Below are positions 37,191 to 38,853 of a stretch of 38,853 bases of DNA, piece by piece. The notes under the pieces were generated by a model. That model ran no database searches. It saw only the letters and a program-made list of their open reading frames with translations, and was not told where the DNA came from. Origin of the DNA: a virus (lineage: Duplodnaviria > Caudoviricetes); the IMG/VR virus record IMGVR_UViG_3300002171_000004, positions 1 to 38,853 of that record. One strand, given 5' to 3'. Position 1 is the stretch's first letter. The number at the start of each line of letters is the position of its first letter. Made by a program: the position numbers and the translations under genes.

Positions 37191-37337
37191 ATGAATAAAG
37201 AAACGCTATCACAATTCGCACTAGAAAAAGTGTGTCCAGTGATCATCACTGAGGAAGTAGAGGAAGAGATCGCTTCATTAATATTATCAGGTGAAGATAT
37301 ATCTGATGAATTAATTCAGGAGGTTTTAAATGCATAA
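37191..37337 (+). CDS. 48-aa acidic early protein (not in the ORF track)
   Basis: MNKETLSQFALEKVCPVIITEEVEEEIASLILSGEDISDELIQEVLNA. Confidence 0.7.
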   Translation: MNKETLSQFALEKVCPVIITEEVEEEIASLILSGEDISDELIQEVLNA

Positions 37338-37401
37338 AATAGCCGAGATTTTAACCCCATTTTTAATTATTGGGATTTTATTTATTTATCAATTTATTTA
37401 A
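37330..37401 (+). CDS. 23-aa hydrophobic peptide (not in the ORF track)
   Basis: MHKIAEILTPFLIIGILFIYQFI; AGGAGG RBS. Confidence 0.55.
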   Translation: MHKIAEILTPFLIIGILFIYQFI

Positions 37402-37404
37402 AAA

Positions 37405-37566
37405 ATGATTTTAAAATTAACAAAAAAAGAGATTGAGCTTTTATTAGGTTGTATCTCTGATACTCAATCAGAATTTGAAGGAACAGAGGTTTTTGAAAAA
37501 ATTAAATATCCACTTAGTAAACTTCAAGACAAGTTAGAAAAATTTATAAAAAAAATAAATGAATGA
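37405..37566 (+). CDS. 53-aa early protein (not in the ORF track)
   Basis: MILKLTKKEIELLLGCISDTQSEFEGTEVFEKIKYPLSKLQDKLEKFIKKINE. Confidence 0.65.
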   Translation: MILKLTKKEIELLLGCISDTQSEFEGTEVFEKIKYPLSKLQDKLEKFIKKINE

Positions 37567-37666
37567 CATTAGTTTTGGAGTAGCACATCTCTATTTTCTC
37601 TATAAAGAACAACATCCAAAAGGAACCAAAATAGGATTTTTAAAATGGATTAAAACTAGAAAATAA
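37559..37666 (+). CDS. 35-aa basic early protein (not in the ORF track)
   Basis: MNDISFGVAHLYFLYKEQHPKGTKIGFLKWIKTRK; start overlaps the upstream gene end. Confidence 0.55.
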   Translation: MNDISFGVAHLYFLYKEQHPKGTKIGFLKWIKTRK

Positions 37667-37694
37667 TTTATTATATTTAATTCTAAAAACAACT

Positions 37695-37724
37695 AAACTG
37701 ATCCAATATTTGGGTCAGTTTTTT
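37695..37724 (+). terminator. Rho-independent terminator
   Basis: AAACTGATCCA-loop-TGGGTCAGTTT followed by a T run. Confidence 0.75.
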
Positions 37725-37752
37725 ATTTTAAACAAGTGCTTAATTTGGGGTA

Positions 37753-37781
37753 TTGACCATCTATTCCAATGGTAGTAGATT
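37753..37781 (+). promoter_or_regulatory. Sigma70-type promoter, predicted leaderless transcript
   Basis: TTGACC-17 bp-TAGATT-6 nt-ATG(37788). Confidence 0.7.
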
Positions 37782-37787
37782 GGTTAT

Positions 37788-37910
37788 ATGCACACACAAA
37801 AAAAACAGAGACAAATTTTTTCCAGCATAGTAAAAAGCCGATTGGTGGTGTGTGCAAAACTCTGTCCAGTCGGCTTTTTTGTGTGTTGGAGAGGAGGCCA
37901 AAATGAGTGA
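37788..37910 (+). CDS. 40-aa leader ORF spanning an attenuator-like hairpin, stop overlapping the initiator start
   Basis: MHTQKKQRQIFSSIVKSRLVVCAKLCPVGFFVCWRGGQNE; ends within ATGAGTGA. Confidence 0.5.
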   Translation: MHTQKKQRQIFSSIVKSRLVVCAKLCPVGFFVCWRGGQNE

Positions 37911-38628
37911 AGGATGGGTTAAATTACACAGAAAATTAAAAGATAATCCAATTTATACCAATTCAGTTGCTGTTCATTGTTGGATTGAATGTTTATTGAG
38001 AGTAAATCATGATCAAAAAACATTTTTTTTAGGAAACCAAAAAATAACTTTAGAGGCAGGTCAATTTGTTACTGGAAGAATAGAATTTGGAAAGTCAATT
38101 AACAAATCACCAACAACAGCATGGTTTTGGTTAAAACAGTTTCAACTTGACAGCATGATTGACATCAAATCTACTAATAAATACTCGGTAATTACCATAT
38201 TAAAATGGAAAGACTATCAACAACTTGACATCAATATTGACAGCAAAAAGACAGCAAAAAGACAGCAAAAAGACACAAACAAGAATGATAAGAATGAAAA
38301 GAATATTATATGCGACAAAAATGAAATTGATTTTATTGCTCAAAAACTTTTAGAACACTTCAATAAAACAATGAACAAAAAAGTAAAATCTTATTTACCT
38401 TTTAAAAACAATCTTATCTATTGGCTTGGTATCTACTCCAAGGAAGAGATAGCCGCCGCCATTTCCCGAATGCCAAATCATAACTTCTTCAAACTCCTAG
38501 AAACTCCAGTCACTTTGTTTAGGAAGAAAAACCAAAATAAAGAGGATGTTGATTATATTGGCCAGCTATTAAATATGGCCCCGATCAAAAAAGAGGGTGG
38601 AGCAATTAATAATTTAATAAACGAATAA
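37903..38628 (+). CDS. Replication initiator (lambda O / replisome organiser-like); likely start ATG 37903
   Basis: GWVKLHRKL N-terminus, L..GQFVTG, S.ITI..W..YQ; GAGGAGG RBS; internal iterons. Confidence 0.85.
   Translation: MSEGWVKLHRKLKDNPIYTNSVAVHCWIECLLRVNHDQKTFFLGNQKITLEAGQFVTGRIEFGKSINKSPTTAWFWLKQFQLDSMIDIKSTNKYSVITILKWKDYQQLDINIDSKKTAKRQQKDTNKNDKNEKNIICDKNEIDFIAQKLLEHFNKTMNKKVKSYLPFKNNLIYWLGIYSKEEIAAAISRMPNHNFFKLLETPVTLFRKKNQNKEDVDYIGQLLNMAPIKKEGGAINNLINE
38143..38276 (+). repeat. Iterons / putative replication origin inside the initiator gene
   Basis: TTGACA(G/T)C x4 and GACAGCAAAAA x3 in tandem (38239-38271), followed by A-rich AAGAAT repeats. Confidence 0.75.
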
Positions 38629-38853
38629 TGATTTCTTATCAAGACATCCAAAACATTTTAAAAGATTTTCCTCAATGGTCCATCTTTCCAGTCACTTTGT
38701 TTAAGGGTGAATCAAAAATAGAAAAAAGACCTGCGGTCCCTTGGAAAACTTACATGGACCGACAACCTACAGACGAAGAACTCCATTCTTGGTTTGATGA
38801 ACCAAAATATAATGCCATTGGCTTGGCTACTGGAAAAATATCAGGTGTAGTGG
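38628..38853 (+). CDS. 5' part of the PrimPol-helicase gene (continues at the window start)
   Basis: TAATG coupling; MISYQDIQNILKDFPQWSIFPV...KRPAVPWK...W...NAIGLATG is a prim-pol N-terminus. Confidence 0.9.
   Translation, partial: MISYQDIQNILKDFPQWSIFPVTLFKGESKIEKRPAVPWKTYMDRQPTDEELHSWFDEPKYNAIGLATGKISGVV
38770..38853. repeat. Terminal direct repeat, copy 2 (circular assembly overlap)
   Basis: Identical to bases 1-84. Confidence 0.97.

Noticed and set aside
37852-37902. GTG start at 37852 for the initiator
   Set aside because: It lies in the hairpin loop; ATG 37903 has a strong RBS and the family-typical N-terminus
1-38853. Stop-codon reassignment
   Set aside because: Genes are intact and densely packed under code 11, and TGA is used as a stop in many ATGA overlaps

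Overview
The window is an apparently complete, AT-rich tailed-phage genome assembled as a circle. Bases 1-84 repeat exactly at 38770-38853, giving a unit length of 38,769 bp, and the primase-helicase gene reads across the join. Two arms diverge from a non-coding control region at 36348-37190. The + arm (37191 to the end, then 1-16516) holds tiny early genes, a lambda-O-like initiator with iterons, a PrimPol-DnaB fusion, an SSB, nucleases, a minimal MetK, a structured RNA cluster and a glycosyl/methyl/pyruvyl-transferase cluster. The - arm (36347-16401) holds TerS, TerL, portal, two large putative ejection proteins, scaffold, capsid, fibres, amidase/holin, an adaptor, and Dit- and Tal-like proteins. 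I could not recognise an integrase, tail tube, tape measure, tRNA or CRISPR array. The most notable signals are: (1) a soluble SAM-supplied glycan-building system centred on a 1348-aa five-domain GT4-MTase-GT2-MTase-GT4 protein; (2) a three-domain structured RNA with a boxA-like motif, a kissing loop and complementarity to early-gene start regions; (3) siphovirus-type baseplate genes with no evident tube; (4) a palindromic dif-like site; (5) five leaderless sigma70-type promoters with identical geometry; (6) a capsid-fragment mini-protein among the early genes. All functional calls come from motif recognition by eye; no searches were run.
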